Source: a virus
Lineage: Duplodnaviria; Caudoviricetes
Reading direction: 5' to 3' (one strand)
IMG/VR virus record: IMGVR_UViG_3300018080_000197
Coordinates: 1-59,821 of that record
DNA length: 59,821 nt
Position 1 is the first letter of the stretch. Each line of letters starts with the position of its first letter. This document shows positions 8,815 to 18,622 of the stretch, piece by piece. The notes under the pieces are model-generated. The model searched no databases, had not been told where the DNA came from, and worked only from the letters and a program-made list of their open reading frames with translations. A program made the position numbers and the translations under genes.

Positions 8815-10887
8815 ATGGCAAAAGCTAGGACCAGCACGCCACTAGACGGTTTTGCGGATCACTTCATAGGACTGGTTCCATCCTCCAGCGGACAGGCTGT
8901 AGGAGACTGTCCCTTCTGTGGGAAGGAAGACAGATTCTATGTCAACATGGAAACCGGAGCATGGGATTGCAAGGTCTGTTCCCGGTCCGGGAGTTTCTTG
9001 ACTTTCTTGGAGGAAATGGGCAAACTCAATTCAGAAAGATTCCGTGGTTCTCCGGCCTTGCGTCTGGCCAAAGACAGGGGGTTGAAGGTAGCCACCTTCC
9101 GCGCATGGCGTGTGGGTTGGGATGGGCGTCAGTTTACGGTTCCAGTGGATATCTGCGGCAAGACGTATGACCTCAGACGTTTTAGATTGGGAGGGAAGAC
9201 GCGAGCAACCACGCGGGGACGGGTGTCCTTGGCCGGGATCATGGACCCGGACTCGGATACAGTCTGGTTGTTGGAGGGGGAATGGGATGGTATGGCGCTG
9301 TGGGAATCCCTGGAGCGCTCCGGCGCGTCCGGGTCCGTTGCGGCCGTTTGCGGAGGCGGCGCTTTCCCCCAGCATGGTCTATCCCTCTTCGAGGGAAAGA
9401 ATGTCATTGTGGCATTTGACAATGATTCGGCAGGACAAAAGGGCGCACAGCGTGTCTATAGGATGTTGCATGGTCTGGCCAAGTCCCTCGCATTCGTCCA
9501 TTGGACAGAAGACACCCCGGACAAGTTCGACGTGCGAGACCTCTACTTGCGCAGCGGCGCGGACACTCCGGCTATTCTCCGGGGTCTGTTGAAGGATTCG
9601 CCTCCAGGGCTCCCGGCGGGTTCCACTGAAACGGCGGAGGAACTGACAGGTCCAGGTCTTGATTCGGAGGAAGTCACGGCTAGATTCCGCAAGTGGTTGT
9701 ATCTACCCAATACCGAAGCGTTGACCGTGATGTTCGGCGTTTTGTTGGCCAACCGCTTGCCGGGTGATCCCGTGTGGCTGTATATGGTAGCTCCATCCGG
9801 GGGTTCCAAGTCGGAACTTCTTATGACCTTGCAGGATGCCCCCTTAGTCTGGTTTCTATCCAAGCTGTCCCCCAAGGCGTTGATTTCCGGGATGGTCAAC
9901 AGTGGACAGCCGGACCCGTCATTGCTCCCACGCCTGGACGGAAAGGTCTTGGTAATCAAGGACTTCACGGTCATCCTCAAAATGCGGGATCAAGACAAGG
10001 ACGAAATCTACGGGACACTCAGAGACGCATATGATGGTAGGGTAGACCAAGGCTGGGGAACGGGCGTCTTCCGGACGTATCAGGCCACCTTCGGCGTTCT
10101 CTCCGGCGTGACCAAAGAGATAGAGAAGGAAAGGGCAGGTAGCACTTTGGGGGAACGCTTCCTGAAATATTACCTGCCTATGGACGGATTGGGGAACCTG
10201 CGTAGTCACACGTCGCTTGTGCGGAAAGCGTTGGACAACATAGCCGAAGAACCTGAAATGCGTCTGGAGCTTCGCCAGACGGCGCGGGAGGTCCTGAACC
10301 GCCCCGTGGACGTATCAAACCCCCCGACTATCCCGGAGGCTATCAAGGACAAGCTGGTCATGCTTGCCCAGTGGATAGCAGCTTTGCGAGGAGTCGTCGT
10401 GCGTGAGAGGTTCACACGTGACGTGGAGTATTCCCCTACCCCAGAAGTGGGGACACGTGTGGCCAAGCAGTTGGCCAAGCTGGGAATGGGGATAGCCTTG
10501 TTCAGGCGCGTGGAAGAGTTGGACGAATCCATTTATCAGGTAGTGGTCAAGGTCGCGCGGGACACTGTTCCGGACCGTGTGGAGTGTATAGTCCGTCACC
10601 TCTACATGCGCACCAAGACCGAGTGGGTAACGGCCGGGGACCTCTCCAAGTGGTCCAAGTTCCCTGACGGAACCGTGCGGCGCGTCCTGGAGGACCTGGA
10701 GCTTCTGAACATAGTAGTGGCGTCCAAGACCTCCAGATTCGGGGGAGGGAAGTCCTACAGACTCAGTAGGACCATGTTGCGGCTTATGCGTCCTCTGGAC
10801 CTATACCAGCGCGAGGAAAGCTTCCTGAAGACGCGGCGCAACATCACCAAGCGGCCTAAAACCGGAGGACGGCATAGTGTGTCCTGA
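8815..10887 (+). CDS. primase-helicase (Zn finger + TOPRIM + AAA+-like domain + probable wHTH)
   Basis: CPFC...CKVC, LEGEWD and FDNDSAG TOPRIM motifs, P-loop-like APSGGSKS, LVIKD, ERFL. Confidence 0.85.
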   Translation: MAKARTSTPLDGFADHFIGLVPSSSGQAVGDCPFCGKEDRFYVNMETGAWDCKVCSRSGSFLTFLEEMGKLNSERFRGSPALRLAKDRGLKVATFRAWRVGWDGRQFTVPVDICGKTYDLRRFRLGGKTRATTRGRVSLAGIMDPDSDTVWLLEGEWDGMALWESLERSGASGSVAAVCGGGAFPQHGLSLFEGKNVIVAFDNDSAGQKGAQRVYRMLHGLAKSLAFVHWTEDTPDKFDVRDLYLRSGADTPAILRGLLKDSPPGLPAGSTETAEELTGPGLDSEEVTARFRKWLYLPNTEALTVMFGVLLANRLPGDPVWLYMVAPSGGSKSELLMTLQDAPLVWFLSKLSPKALISGMVNSGQPDPSLLPRLDGKVLVIKDFTVILKMRDQDKDEIYGTLRDAYDGRVDQGWGTGVFRTYQATFGVLSGVTKEIEKERAGSTLGERFLKYYLPMDGLGNLRSHTSLVRKALDNIAEEPEMRLELRQTAREVLNRPVDVSNPPTIPEAIKDKLVMLAQWIAALRGVVVRERFTRDVEYSPTPEVGTRVAKQLAKLGMGIALFRRVEELDESIYQVVVKVARDTVPDRVECIVRHLYMRTKTEWVTAGDLSKWSKFPDGTVRRVLEDLELLNIVVASKTSRFGGGKSYRLSRTMLRLMRPLDLYQREESFLKTRRNITKRPKTGGRHSVS

Positions 10888-11809
10888 ACGGAAGATCACC
10901 AAGCGGTTGAAGGCGTTGAAAGGTCCGGTCAAACGGGGCGTGGGAACGGCTGTCTTCTGGTATGGCGGGAAGGGAATCCTGTGTAGGCGCTTGCGTCCGT
11001 TGTTCCCTCCCCACAAACGCTATGTGGAACCATTCGGAGGTGGTGCGTCCGTCCTGTTGAGCAAGGAACCCGTGGAGGTGGAAGTCTACAATGACTTGGA
11101 CTCCGGTCTGGCCGACTTCTTCAGGGTCATGGCGGACCCGGAGGTCTTCCAACGGTTCTATCGTCACATAGAAGCACTTCCTTCCTCACGACAAATCTAC
11201 CTGGAATACGTGGATACGTGGAAGCGCGAGAGGGACCCGGCCGTTCGTGTGGCCAAGTGGTTCGTGGTTGCCCGGCAATCCTTCAACGGCAGATTCGGGA
11301 AAGGTTGGCGGTTCGATAGCCAACGAACCATCATGGGGTGTGGTCAGGCCGTGCGCGCGTGGCTTCAGGCCGTGGAGAAGCTTCCGGAGATTCATTTCCG
11401 ATTGCTTCACGTCCAAGTGGAGAACGACGACTTCAGGGAGATTCTGCCCCGCTATGACACGCCAGATACCCTCTTCTATTGTGATCCTCCCTACGTTCAT
11501 GCCACGCGCGGCGAAGTCAGGTATGACTTGGACATGCCGGACGATGACCATAGGGAACTGGTTGACATGCTATTGAAGTTGAAGGGAATGGTTGCCCTGT
11601 CCGGGTATGCCAATACCTTGTATACCGTTCTGGAAGACAACGGCTGGAACCGTAGGGATTTGGTGGTGACGTGTCCCTCCGCCAGCAGAGACTACGGGAC
11701 AGGCAACATCCCCAGAGGGGAGAGAACGGAATCCCTGTGGAGGAATCCGCAGGCAATGAAGGCGTGGAAGCTGGCCAAGGCCAGAAAACCACTTGTCATA
11801 GGGAGATAG
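10877..11809 (+). CDS. DNA adenine methyltransferase (Dam/D12 class)
   Basis: WYGGK, YVEPFGGGASV, VYNDLD and YCDPPY; target sequence unknown. Confidence 0.92.
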   Translation: MCPERKITKRLKALKGPVKRGVGTAVFWYGGKGILCRRLRPLFPPHKRYVEPFGGGASVLLSKEPVEVEVYNDLDSGLADFFRVMADPEVFQRFYRHIEALPSSRQIYLEYVDTWKRERDPAVRVAKWFVVARQSFNGRFGKGWRFDSQRTIMGCGQAVRAWLQAVEKLPEIHFRLLHVQVENDDFREILPRYDTPDTLFYCDPPYVHATRGEVRYDLDMPDDDHRELVDMLLKLKGMVALSGYANTLYTVLEDNGWNRRDLVVTCPSASRDYGTGNIPRGERTESLWRNPQAMKAWKLAKARKPLVIGR

Positions 11810-11811
11810 GA

Positions 11812-12522
11812 ATGGCTCGACGACGAATCACCAAGAAGCCGCGACCGGAAGCCGTTGTGGGGCGCGCGGTCACGTCCCCGGAACATGACTTCAGCGGGAA
11901 GGGAGGTCATTGGGGACGCAATGCCGCAGAACTGAAACGGTTGGTTGCGGAATACGAGAAGGTCCCTCTGGACAGTCTCCGGCCGTGGAAGGACAACCCC
12001 CGGATCAACACAGAGGCTATCCCCGTGGTGGCCGAGCTAATCAAGCAGCACGGCTTCGCCGGGGTAGTAGTAGCTACGCCGGACGGCGTGATACGCGCGG
12101 GACACACACGCTATGCCGCTCTGGTTTCCCTCCAGCAGGACCCGGACTTTGCTGGGGAGAAAGGGACGGTCTGGGTTCACTGGAAGAACTTCCCCACAGA
12201 GACGGCGGCGGAAGCTTATGCCCTTGCAGACAACAAGTCCGCAGAACGCGCCGACTGGGATCATGCCAAGCTGGCCAGATTGTTCAAGCAACGGAACACG
12301 GCGGACCTGGAGACCTTGCGCCAGTTCTCCGGGTTCAAGCAGCGGGAGATAGACTGGCACAGCGGACCCAGAATAGACCCGGAGAAGCTTCCTGACTTTG
12401 AAGTTCCAGCCAAGAGCTACACGGTCCGGATAGACAACGTTGACCCGGACGATTGGGAGACTGTTCTGGAACTGGTCAACAAGGCGTTGGAGGACACGGG
12501 ATATGCTGCCCAAGTTTACTAG
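11812..12522 (+). CDS. ParB/Srx N-terminal domain protein
   Basis: LRPWKDNPRIN, IKQHGF, IRAGHTRYAA and YALADNK; ParB type commonly linked to phage DNA-modification genes. Confidence 0.85.
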   Translation: MARRRITKKPRPEAVVGRAVTSPEHDFSGKGGHWGRNAAELKRLVAEYEKVPLDSLRPWKDNPRINTEAIPVVAELIKQHGFAGVVVATPDGVIRAGHTRYAALVSLQQDPDFAGEKGTVWVHWKNFPTETAAEAYALADNKSAERADWDHAKLARLFKQRNTADLETLRQFSGFKQREIDWHSGPRIDPEKLPDFEVPAKSYTVRIDNVDPDDWETVLELVNKALEDTGYAAQVY

Positions 12523-13549
12523 GCACGGTCACTCCGATTACGTCCACGTTTTGGTTGCCTACAACTACCTCCGGGGGAAGGACGGCATAGACCAGATACG
12601 CAGACTGACTAACAACCCCAACCTGTGCGTGTTGCTGGACAGCGGCGCTTTCATTGCCCACAGAACCCAAAAGGACATTGACCTCCAGGAGTATATGGAT
12701 TTCGTCCGGGAGGTGGGTCCGGAACTGTTCGGCTACTTTGCGCTGGACGTGATAGGCGACGTTGACGCCACGCTGCGTAACCTGGAGACCATGCGGGAGG
12801 CAGGGTTGACGCCGTGGCCTGTCTTCCAAATCAGCACAGACCGTGCGGATTTCAGGACCACAACGGAGGGCGCCTCCGTAGTGGGTATAGGTGGACTGAA
12901 TGAGCGGGTGTGGCCTTGGACCAGAAGCGCCAGATTGTCATACCTGAAGATGATGCGGGAATGGTCCCTGGACGCCGGAGTAGGTCTGCACTTGCTAGGA
13001 TATGCGGACCCGCCGGTTCTGGAGGCGTTCCAGCCGTTTTCGGCGGACTCCAGCACTTGGTTCAACGGACAGAGGTATGGGAGGGTGTTCCTCTACGCCG
13101 GACGTGGGAAATGGTTGCGGCTCTATAGGGACAATTGGCGCAAGAAGATGACTCCTGAAGCGGAATTGGAAATCACGCGGGCAGGCTACAGCGTGGCGGA
13201 CCTGGAGAATCCGGAACTGTGGACCAACACCCGCGAGAACTCGGAATCCGGAACCAACTTCTTGGCCAATCTCATGGCGCGTTCATGGGTCAAATTCTCA
13301 CTGGAGTTCTTTGCCCAGTTCACGATACGGGTGTTTCTGGTGGCGGATTCGGGAATACGTCACGGGAATCAATACCCCTTGATCCGGGAGGCTGGGAGGA
13401 TTCTTGGACGTTCTTCCCCAGCGACGGGGGAGACCTCACCGCGGCGGATAACCAAGACCCGGAAAGCCACAGACCGGGGAGTTCACGTCAAGAAGGGAAC
13501 GCCTGTGGAGTTCCCTGTAGTCAGACCACAACGGAGGTTTGGAGAATGA
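12503..13549 (+). CDS. dpdA: DpdA-like DNA guanine transglycosylase (TGT fold)
   Basis: LLDSGAF, ALDVIGD, GIGG, LHLLG and SADSSTW motifs; directly upstream of queC. Confidence 0.8.
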   Translation: MLPKFTRHGHSDYVHVLVAYNYLRGKDGIDQIRRLTNNPNLCVLLDSGAFIAHRTQKDIDLQEYMDFVREVGPELFGYFALDVIGDVDATLRNLETMREAGLTPWPVFQISTDRADFRTTTEGASVVGIGGLNERVWPWTRSARLSYLKMMREWSLDAGVGLHLLGYADPPVLEAFQPFSADSSTWFNGQRYGRVFLYAGRGKWLRLYRDNWRKKMTPEAELEITRAGYSVADLENPELWTNTRENSESGTNFLANLMARSWVKFSLEFFAQFTIRVFLVADSGIRHGNQYPLIREAGRILGRSSPATGETSPRRITKTRKATDRGVHVKKGTPVEFPVVRPQRRFGE

Positions 13550-14262
13550 GCGAGAAACGTTGCGTGTTGGCCCTTAGCGGAGGAATGGATTCCTCCACGC
13601 TGTTGTATCACTTGCTGGAAAGGGACTGGGAAGTCTCCTGTCTGGCATTCGACTACGGACAGCGCCACAAGAAGGAACTGGAGTGCGCACGCCAGATAGG
13701 GAGGTGTGCAGGAGTCCAGGTCTCCACTGTGAATCTGGGAGACATGGCGCGTGTCATCTTCCCCACGGAATGTCTCACAGGGGGTCCAGAGGAAGTCCCG
13801 GACGGTCCGTTCACGGGCGCTTCCATGCGGGTGACTGCTGTTCCCAATCTGGCCATGATCCTGATTTCAATCTGCGCGGGACACGCCATTTCCATCGGAG
13901 CAAAAGCTCCAAGTGGCTACCACGTGGAAGCCTACATGGTAGCATTCGGTTGCCACAAGCGTGAGACGTGGACCTACCCTGATAACAGGGTAGCATTCAC
14001 ATACCCTATGATAGAAGTGCTTTCCAAGTGCTACTATGAACCTGTGGAACTCCTGACGCCGTTTGTGGGTATGTCCAAACAGGCCGTGTTACGGAAGGGA
14101 CTGGACCTACATGTTCCGTTTCACAGGACGTGGACGTGCTACAACGGGATAGGTCTTCCCTGCGGCAAATGTGGCGCGTGCATGGAGCGTCTGGAAGCCT
14201 TTCGTCTGAATGGACGGCCGGACCCGTTGAAATACAGGGACGAATCCGGCTGTTGTGGTTAG
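13546..14262 (+). CDS. queC: 7-cyano-7-deazaguanine synthase (divergent)
   Basis: LSGGMDS, FDYGQRH, YPD, TWTCY...PCGKCGACMER; ATGA overlap with dpdA. Confidence 0.92.
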   Translation: MSEKRCVLALSGGMDSSTLLYHLLERDWEVSCLAFDYGQRHKKELECARQIGRCAGVQVSTVNLGDMARVIFPTECLTGGPEEVPDGPFTGASMRVTAVPNLAMILISICAGHAISIGAKAPSGYHVEAYMVAFGCHKRETWTYPDNRVAFTYPMIEVLSKCYYEPVELLTPFVGMSKQAVLRKGLDLHVPFHRTWTCYNGIGLPCGKCGACMERLEAFRLNGRPDPLKYRDESGCCG

Positions 14263-14368
14263 GAGACGCTCCAGGACGGCAATTTCAGGAGATAACTGGT
14301 GTCTCAGGACCTTTTTAGGGTTACGCGCGGCCTGAGTGACAGGCGCGCGGCTTGCTGGAGGTGAAAGA

Positions 14369-14845
14369 ATGGTTACGGTCACTGTGGTTTTGAGGTGGGA
14401 AGCTGCACACAGACTCCAGAAGGTGGACAGCAAGTGCAATTCCCTGCATGGACACTCCTACAGGGCAGACATTACCGTAGGGTGTCACTGTCTGAGCGAA
14501 GCCGGGATGGTCATGGACTTCGGGGAGTTGAAGGAACTGCTATGGGCACACGTTGTCAAACCGTGGGATCACGCTATCCTTTTGTGGGAGGAAGACGTTG
14601 AACTGCACAGCATGGCTATCCATATGGGAAACAAGTTGGCTATCTTCCCCGACGACGTCACAGCGGAGTGTCTGGCGGAGACCTTGCTGTCCAAGTGTAA
14701 GGGCAGACTATTGGCATACATGGACAAGACAGCCACGGGAGGCAGTGGGTTGTTCGTGTCCCGAGTCAAAGTCTTCGAGACGGACTCCTGTTGGGCGGAA
14801 GCGGTCAACGACGGGATTTCGCAAGGAAGGCCGGTGACACCATGA
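14369..14845 (+). CDS. queD: 6-carboxy-tetrahydropterin synthase
   Basis: EAAHRL, CNSLHGHSY, DFGELK, WDH, TAE, FET. Confidence 0.93.
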   Translation: MVTVTVVLRWEAAHRLQKVDSKCNSLHGHSYRADITVGCHCLSEAGMVMDFGELKELLWAHVVKPWDHAILLWEEDVELHSMAIHMGNKLAIFPDDVTAECLAETLLSKCKGRLLAYMDKTATGGSGLFVSRVKVFETDSCWAEAVNDGISQGRPVTP

Positions 14846-15615
14846 TAGTCCAGAACATCTTTGTCAGTGTGGAGGGCGAAACTACTCTGGGAGGTCCTTT
14901 GCAGTGGACTACGTTCGTGCGCTTCAAAGGGTGTAATCTCCGCTGCTGGAAGGATTCCGGCGGGTGTGATGCTCCGGAGGCATTGGACGGCCGTGTAGAG
15001 TATGCTTGTGAGGAACAAACTCCAGAGAAATTCGCCAGTCACATTGTCTGGGGAATGAAGATAGGACACTATCCCAAACGCCTGACCCTTACAGGGGGAG
15101 AACCCCTTCTCCAGGAAGAGGACCTGTTGGAGTTTGTCCATTTGGTCCGCGAAGACGTGCTGGGTCCCGTGGAAGTGTGTCTGGAAACCAATGGGTCCGT
15201 GCCTCTTTCCGAGGTGGTTTGCAAGGTTATGGATTGCATCATCATGGACTTGAAACCGCCTTCCAGCGGAGAATCTGAACACGTCTGCTGGGAGAATCTT
15301 CAACGGCTGGAACCCGAAGATTTCGTCAAGGTAGTGGTCTCCACTGTAGAGGACCTGGAATGGGCGGCCAAAGCATGGTGGGTCAATGCTCCACTGTGGA
15401 ATGACCGGAATGTTCAAGCGCCGGGATGGTCCATAGGCGCTAAGATGGAATCAAGTATTATGTCGTCGAAGGATCAACCGTTATGGGCTACAGCATATAC
15501 AGGACTCACTCCCCAGCAGATAGCAGACTGGATACGCCAGCATGGTATGTGGAAATGGCGTCTGAACCTCCAGTGTCACCGCTGGTTGTGGCCGTGGGAA
15601 ACGGAGGGAGTCTAA
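14842..15615 (+). CDS. queE: 7-carboxy-7-deazaguanine synthase (radical SAM)
   Basis: FVRFKGCNLRC-x6-CD, LTGGEPLLQ, LETNG, MDLKPPSSG, LNLQCH. Confidence 0.92.
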   Translation: MIVQNIFVSVEGETTLGGPLQWTTFVRFKGCNLRCWKDSGGCDAPEALDGRVEYACEEQTPEKFASHIVWGMKIGHYPKRLTLTGGEPLLQEEDLLEFVHLVREDVLGPVEVCLETNGSVPLSEVVCKVMDCIIMDLKPPSSGESEHVCWENLQRLEPEDFVKVVVSTVEDLEWAAKAWWVNAPLWNDRNVQAPGWSIGAKMESSIMSSKDQPLWATAYTGLTPQQIADWIRQHGMWKWRLNLQCHRWLWPWETEGV

Positions 15616-16091
15616 TGGGCGTCTTCGGCGGCGCGCAAGGTCTGGCGGATTTCATACAGAACCTGGACGGTCTGTTCGGATTCATCCGGACGGTCAAGGC
15701 ACACCCGGAGTTCCACTTCCTCACGAATGATACGACCGGCCTGTGTGAGGGACGCTATGAACTCTGGATAAGCGTGGAGTGGGAAGAGAAGATGTTGCTC
15801 CTATTGAAGCCGTCCACACGGGAGGGACTGACCGGCAAAGTCCACCTAGCCACTGCTCAGAATAGCGCCAGTTCGCGAATAGAGGTCAAGTTCCAGAAGT
15901 GGTTCCAGAACTGTGGACGTATTTGCACCCTGGAAACGTTGACCATTCTGGGGCAGGCCATTGCAGACGCTACGGACGGGATAGTAGCGCTGGACAAACG
16001 GAAACAGGAGATAGTGTGCAACAGACCCACGGCTGAACTCCTAAAGTCGGCCGACGAGGTGGAGAATGGGAAAGATACTGACAAAAGATGA
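15615..16091 (+). CDS. hypothetical protein
   Basis: TAATG overlap with queE; RBS GGAGGGAG. Confidence 0.65.
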   Translation: MGVFGGAQGLADFIQNLDGLFGFIRTVKAHPEFHFLTNDTTGLCEGRYELWISVEWEEKMLLLLKPSTREGLTGKVHLATAQNSASSRIEVKFQKWFQNCGRICTLETLTILGQAIADATDGIVALDKRKQEIVCNRPTAELLKSADEVENGKDTDKR

Positions 16092-16626
16092 ATCCTTCCG
16101 GTTGTATCAATTGGGCGCATTCGGGAACCGCGTCAAACAGTGGGATAGCCTTCCGGCTGTGTGGAGGGATGATACCTACCACGGGAAGATAGTCATACGG
16201 TCCAGGAAAGGGGGAGGCGGACCCTGCCGATATGACATTGATCCCACGTGGAACGCTGTCAATGACGAACTCCAGAAACCCAAATGGGCAGGACACCACA
16301 GATACGTGTTCTTCAATCAGGCTATCCCCGTTGACCGGATAGTCCTGAACGCCGAAGTAGCGGACCTTCCCCAGCCTCCGGGACTGGTCATGGCGTATTC
16401 CACTCTAGCTACCCATATGCGCACGGCGTTGAAACAAGCGTGCAGGGTAGCGCAGGGTTGGGAGGTCATACGGATCATACGTAGCGTGTGTGATCCCGTA
16501 GCGGCGGATTGTCTGGAGGCGCTGTTAGCGGAGTATCCATCCCACGCCGTGGAGTTCACGGTTTTGGACAGGTCCATAGGGGACCTGGGCTGGAATACCA
16601 TAGTGTGGGAGGTCAGGGCATACTAG
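16066..16626 (+). CDS. hypothetical protein, possibly ATP-grasp-like
   Basis: RBS GAGGTGGAG; C-terminal VEFT...IVWEVR resembles the ATP-grasp ending (weak). Confidence 0.55.
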   Translation: MGKILTKDESFRLYQLGAFGNRVKQWDSLPAVWRDDTYHGKIVIRSRKGGGGPCRYDIDPTWNAVNDELQKPKWAGHHRYVFFNQAIPVDRIVLNAEVADLPQPPGLVMAYSTLATHMRTALKQACRVAQGWEVIRIIRSVCDPVAADCLEALLAEYPSHAVEFTVLDRSIGDLGWNTIVWEVRAY

Positions 16627-16639
16627 CGGAGGAATCACA

Positions 16640-16933
16640 ATGGAACCGCATATAGTGGCCGAAATTCACAATGCAAGACTGGTCTGTTTTGACAAGACGT
16701 GGGGACAGAATCCCCCGCAAACGGAACAGATAACCATTCTGGAAATCAAGCAACAGGACGCTATGGGGGAAACCGCATGGCGTGAAGTCCTGCGCTTGGT
16801 AGATGGAAGAGTAGGCAAATCGGGTAGTTCCCCAAGCGTCAATACACTAAAATGGGCTGTGGACCTGTTGGTTCAATTGGTGGCTTCTGCACACTACGTA
16901 AAGGAAGAGGGAACGGATGTTGATACTGATTGA
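16640..16933 (+). CDS. hypothetical protein
   Basis: RBS GGAGG; 97 aa. Confidence 0.65.
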   Translation: MEPHIVAEIHNARLVCFDKTWGQNPPQTEQITILEIKQQDAMGETAWREVLRLVDGRVGKSGSSPSVNTLKWAVDLLVQLVASAHYVKEEGTDVDTD

Positions 16934-17531
16934 CTGTGACGGCGTGGTAGTGGACCTGTTCTCGGCCTACTGTGACCACGTGTGTGTAGGCGGGATGCAC
17001 GAGAAGGTCCTACAGGCTATGTCCTATGGTCCCTCTGACAAAACGTGGGTCAAGGCTGTAGTCACAGCGGACAACAGACGCTTGGAGGACGTGCAGCGAA
17101 CTACGGATATCCTGTTCAACACGGTTCCCCCGGAGTGGTGGTCCTCTCTCCCAGCATACCCATACGCACGGGAGGTGGTGGAACTGTGCAAGCACTACGG
17201 GTCCGTCTGTTTTGTGACGCTGCCCTGGAAACCGTCAGACGCGGGAGGGAAGCTGGCGTGGCTGGAGAGGGAGTTCCCGGAGGTCCCGCGCGCCATTATC
17301 AGCAACCGGGAGGTTCTGGCGGCGCAAGGCGTGGTTCTGGTGGACGACAATCCGGACAACACCAAATTGTTCCGGAGAAGCGGCGGGTTCGCAGCAACCT
17401 TCCTCCAGCAGTGGACCCGGACGGCAGACAATGACGTGCAGGGTCCTTTGACGGCAGACCACAGGCTAAATGACCTGCGGGAGAAGCTGGACGCTATCTC
17501 GCGCCTGACCCGCAGACGGAAAGGAAGATGA
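16917..17531 (+). CDS. HAD-family 5'(3')-deoxyribonucleotidase-like
   Basis: Motif I IDCDGV, FVT, KLAWL and LVDD. Confidence 0.85.
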   Translation: MLILIDCDGVVVDLFSAYCDHVCVGGMHEKVLQAMSYGPSDKTWVKAVVTADNRRLEDVQRTTDILFNTVPPEWWSSLPAYPYAREVVELCKHYGSVCFVTLPWKPSDAGGKLAWLEREFPEVPRAIISNREVLAAQGVVLVDDNPDNTKLFRRSGGFAATFLQQWTRTADNDVQGPLTADHRLNDLREKLDAISRLTRRRKGR

Positions 17532-17532
17532 C

Positions 17533-17907
17533 ATGGGAATGGTGATAACCGAACTGGGAAACGCCGAGGATTGGCGGTTCGTTCGGGCGGAAAAGACAGC
17601 AGAAGACGGCAACGTGGAGTTCCGCTGGGTCGCCAGCAAGCGGCGCGTGTTCAATGAGGAGTCCCCGGACGGGACTTGGTGGCAAACGGACGTGATTCTC
17701 CGCGTGGAGAATGACGACGTCGCCGCCTACGGCGTCAGGATAGAGAAGGGGGATTCCGTTGGAGAGAAAGGACGGCCGGACCCCTTCCCCACGTGGGTAG
17801 TGATGATGTTGGCCGGGTTCAAGACCACTTTTCTGGAGCAGGGTCAAGGGCAGGCGCAGTCTCCCATAGTGGGGATTGACGGGAAACCCGTGGCCGGAGT
17901 GAACTAA
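17533..17907 (+). CDS. hypothetical protein
   Basis: 124-aa ORF contiguous with neighbours. Confidence 0.6.
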   Translation: MGMVITELGNAEDWRFVRAEKTAEDGNVEFRWVASKRRVFNEESPDGTWWQTDVILRVENDDVAAYGVRIEKGDSVGEKGRPDPFPTWVVMMLAGFKTTFLEQGQGQAQSPIVGIDGKPVAGVN

Positions 17908-18203
17908 TGGCTAAGGGCAAGTCTACTCCCAGAGGGAAGCTTCAGTGGAGATTCGGACGCCTTCAGAAGCAATTCGAGAAGGCCAAAAAGCTGAACCCGG
18001 ATGACCCGGAGGATTGTGTCATGCCTCTGGGTTCTCACGCGGGGAAGACTCTGGGAGAGATTGCGGATGATGACGAAGGATTACTGTATCTGGACTACAT
18101 AGTAGGGCAGTGGGATGAAAGTCCGCTGGTCCAGAAGGTTTGCAGGGTTCTGGAGACGCCGGAAAGACAGGAACGTCTCCGCAGATTGTTGGAGGACGGA
18201 TGA
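17907..18203 (+). CDS. small protein with MPxGx[HY]xGK module (DUF3820-like)
   Basis: VMPLGSHAGKTLGEIA...YLDY. Confidence 0.65.
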   Translation: MAKGKSTPRGKLQWRFGRLQKQFEKAKKLNPDDPEDCVMPLGSHAGKTLGEIADDDEGLLYLDYIVGQWDESPLVQKVCRVLETPERQERLRRLLEDG

Positions 18204-18586
18204 TTCCGTCTGGAAAGGCTACAGAAATGGATAGAGGACCATTGAAGTGTCCGTTGACCGTCAATGCCATAATGGTGGAGGCGGATGCCCACGCGCACGA
18301 AGCGGGGTTCAGGGATTCCACGCATACGGCCACATTCGGAGAACACATAGCCTTGTGTCACTCCGAATTGTCGGAGGCGCTGGAGGCATTCCGCAAGGAT
18401 GGTATGGTCTCCATGCGCTTCACGGACAGCGGCAAGCCGGAGGGAGTAGGGGAGGAACTGGCCGACGTGATTATCCGCGTCTGTGACATGGCCATGTTGT
18501 TCAATATCCCCCTGGAGGATTGCATCCGTCACAAGATGCTATACAACCGCACGCGCCCCAAGCATCACGGCGGGAAGTCCATTTGA
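18200..18586 (+). CDS. MazG-like NTP pyrophosphohydrolase
   Basis: HSELSEALEA...EELADVIIR...KMLYNRTRP. Confidence 0.88.
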   Translation: MIPSGKATEMDRGPLKCPLTVNAIMVEADAHAHEAGFRDSTHTATFGEHIALCHSELSEALEAFRKDGMVSMRFTDSGKPEGVGEELADVIIRVCDMAMLFNIPLEDCIRHKMLYNRTRPKHHGGKSI

Positions 18587-18622
18587 CCCACACGGGTGAT
18601 TCCGTCTGGAGGGAGAACAAAC

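Noticed and set aside
11812-12522. ParB as a plasmid-prophage partition system
   Set aside because: No ParA or central HTH; sits between MTase and DpdA like modification-linked ParB proteins
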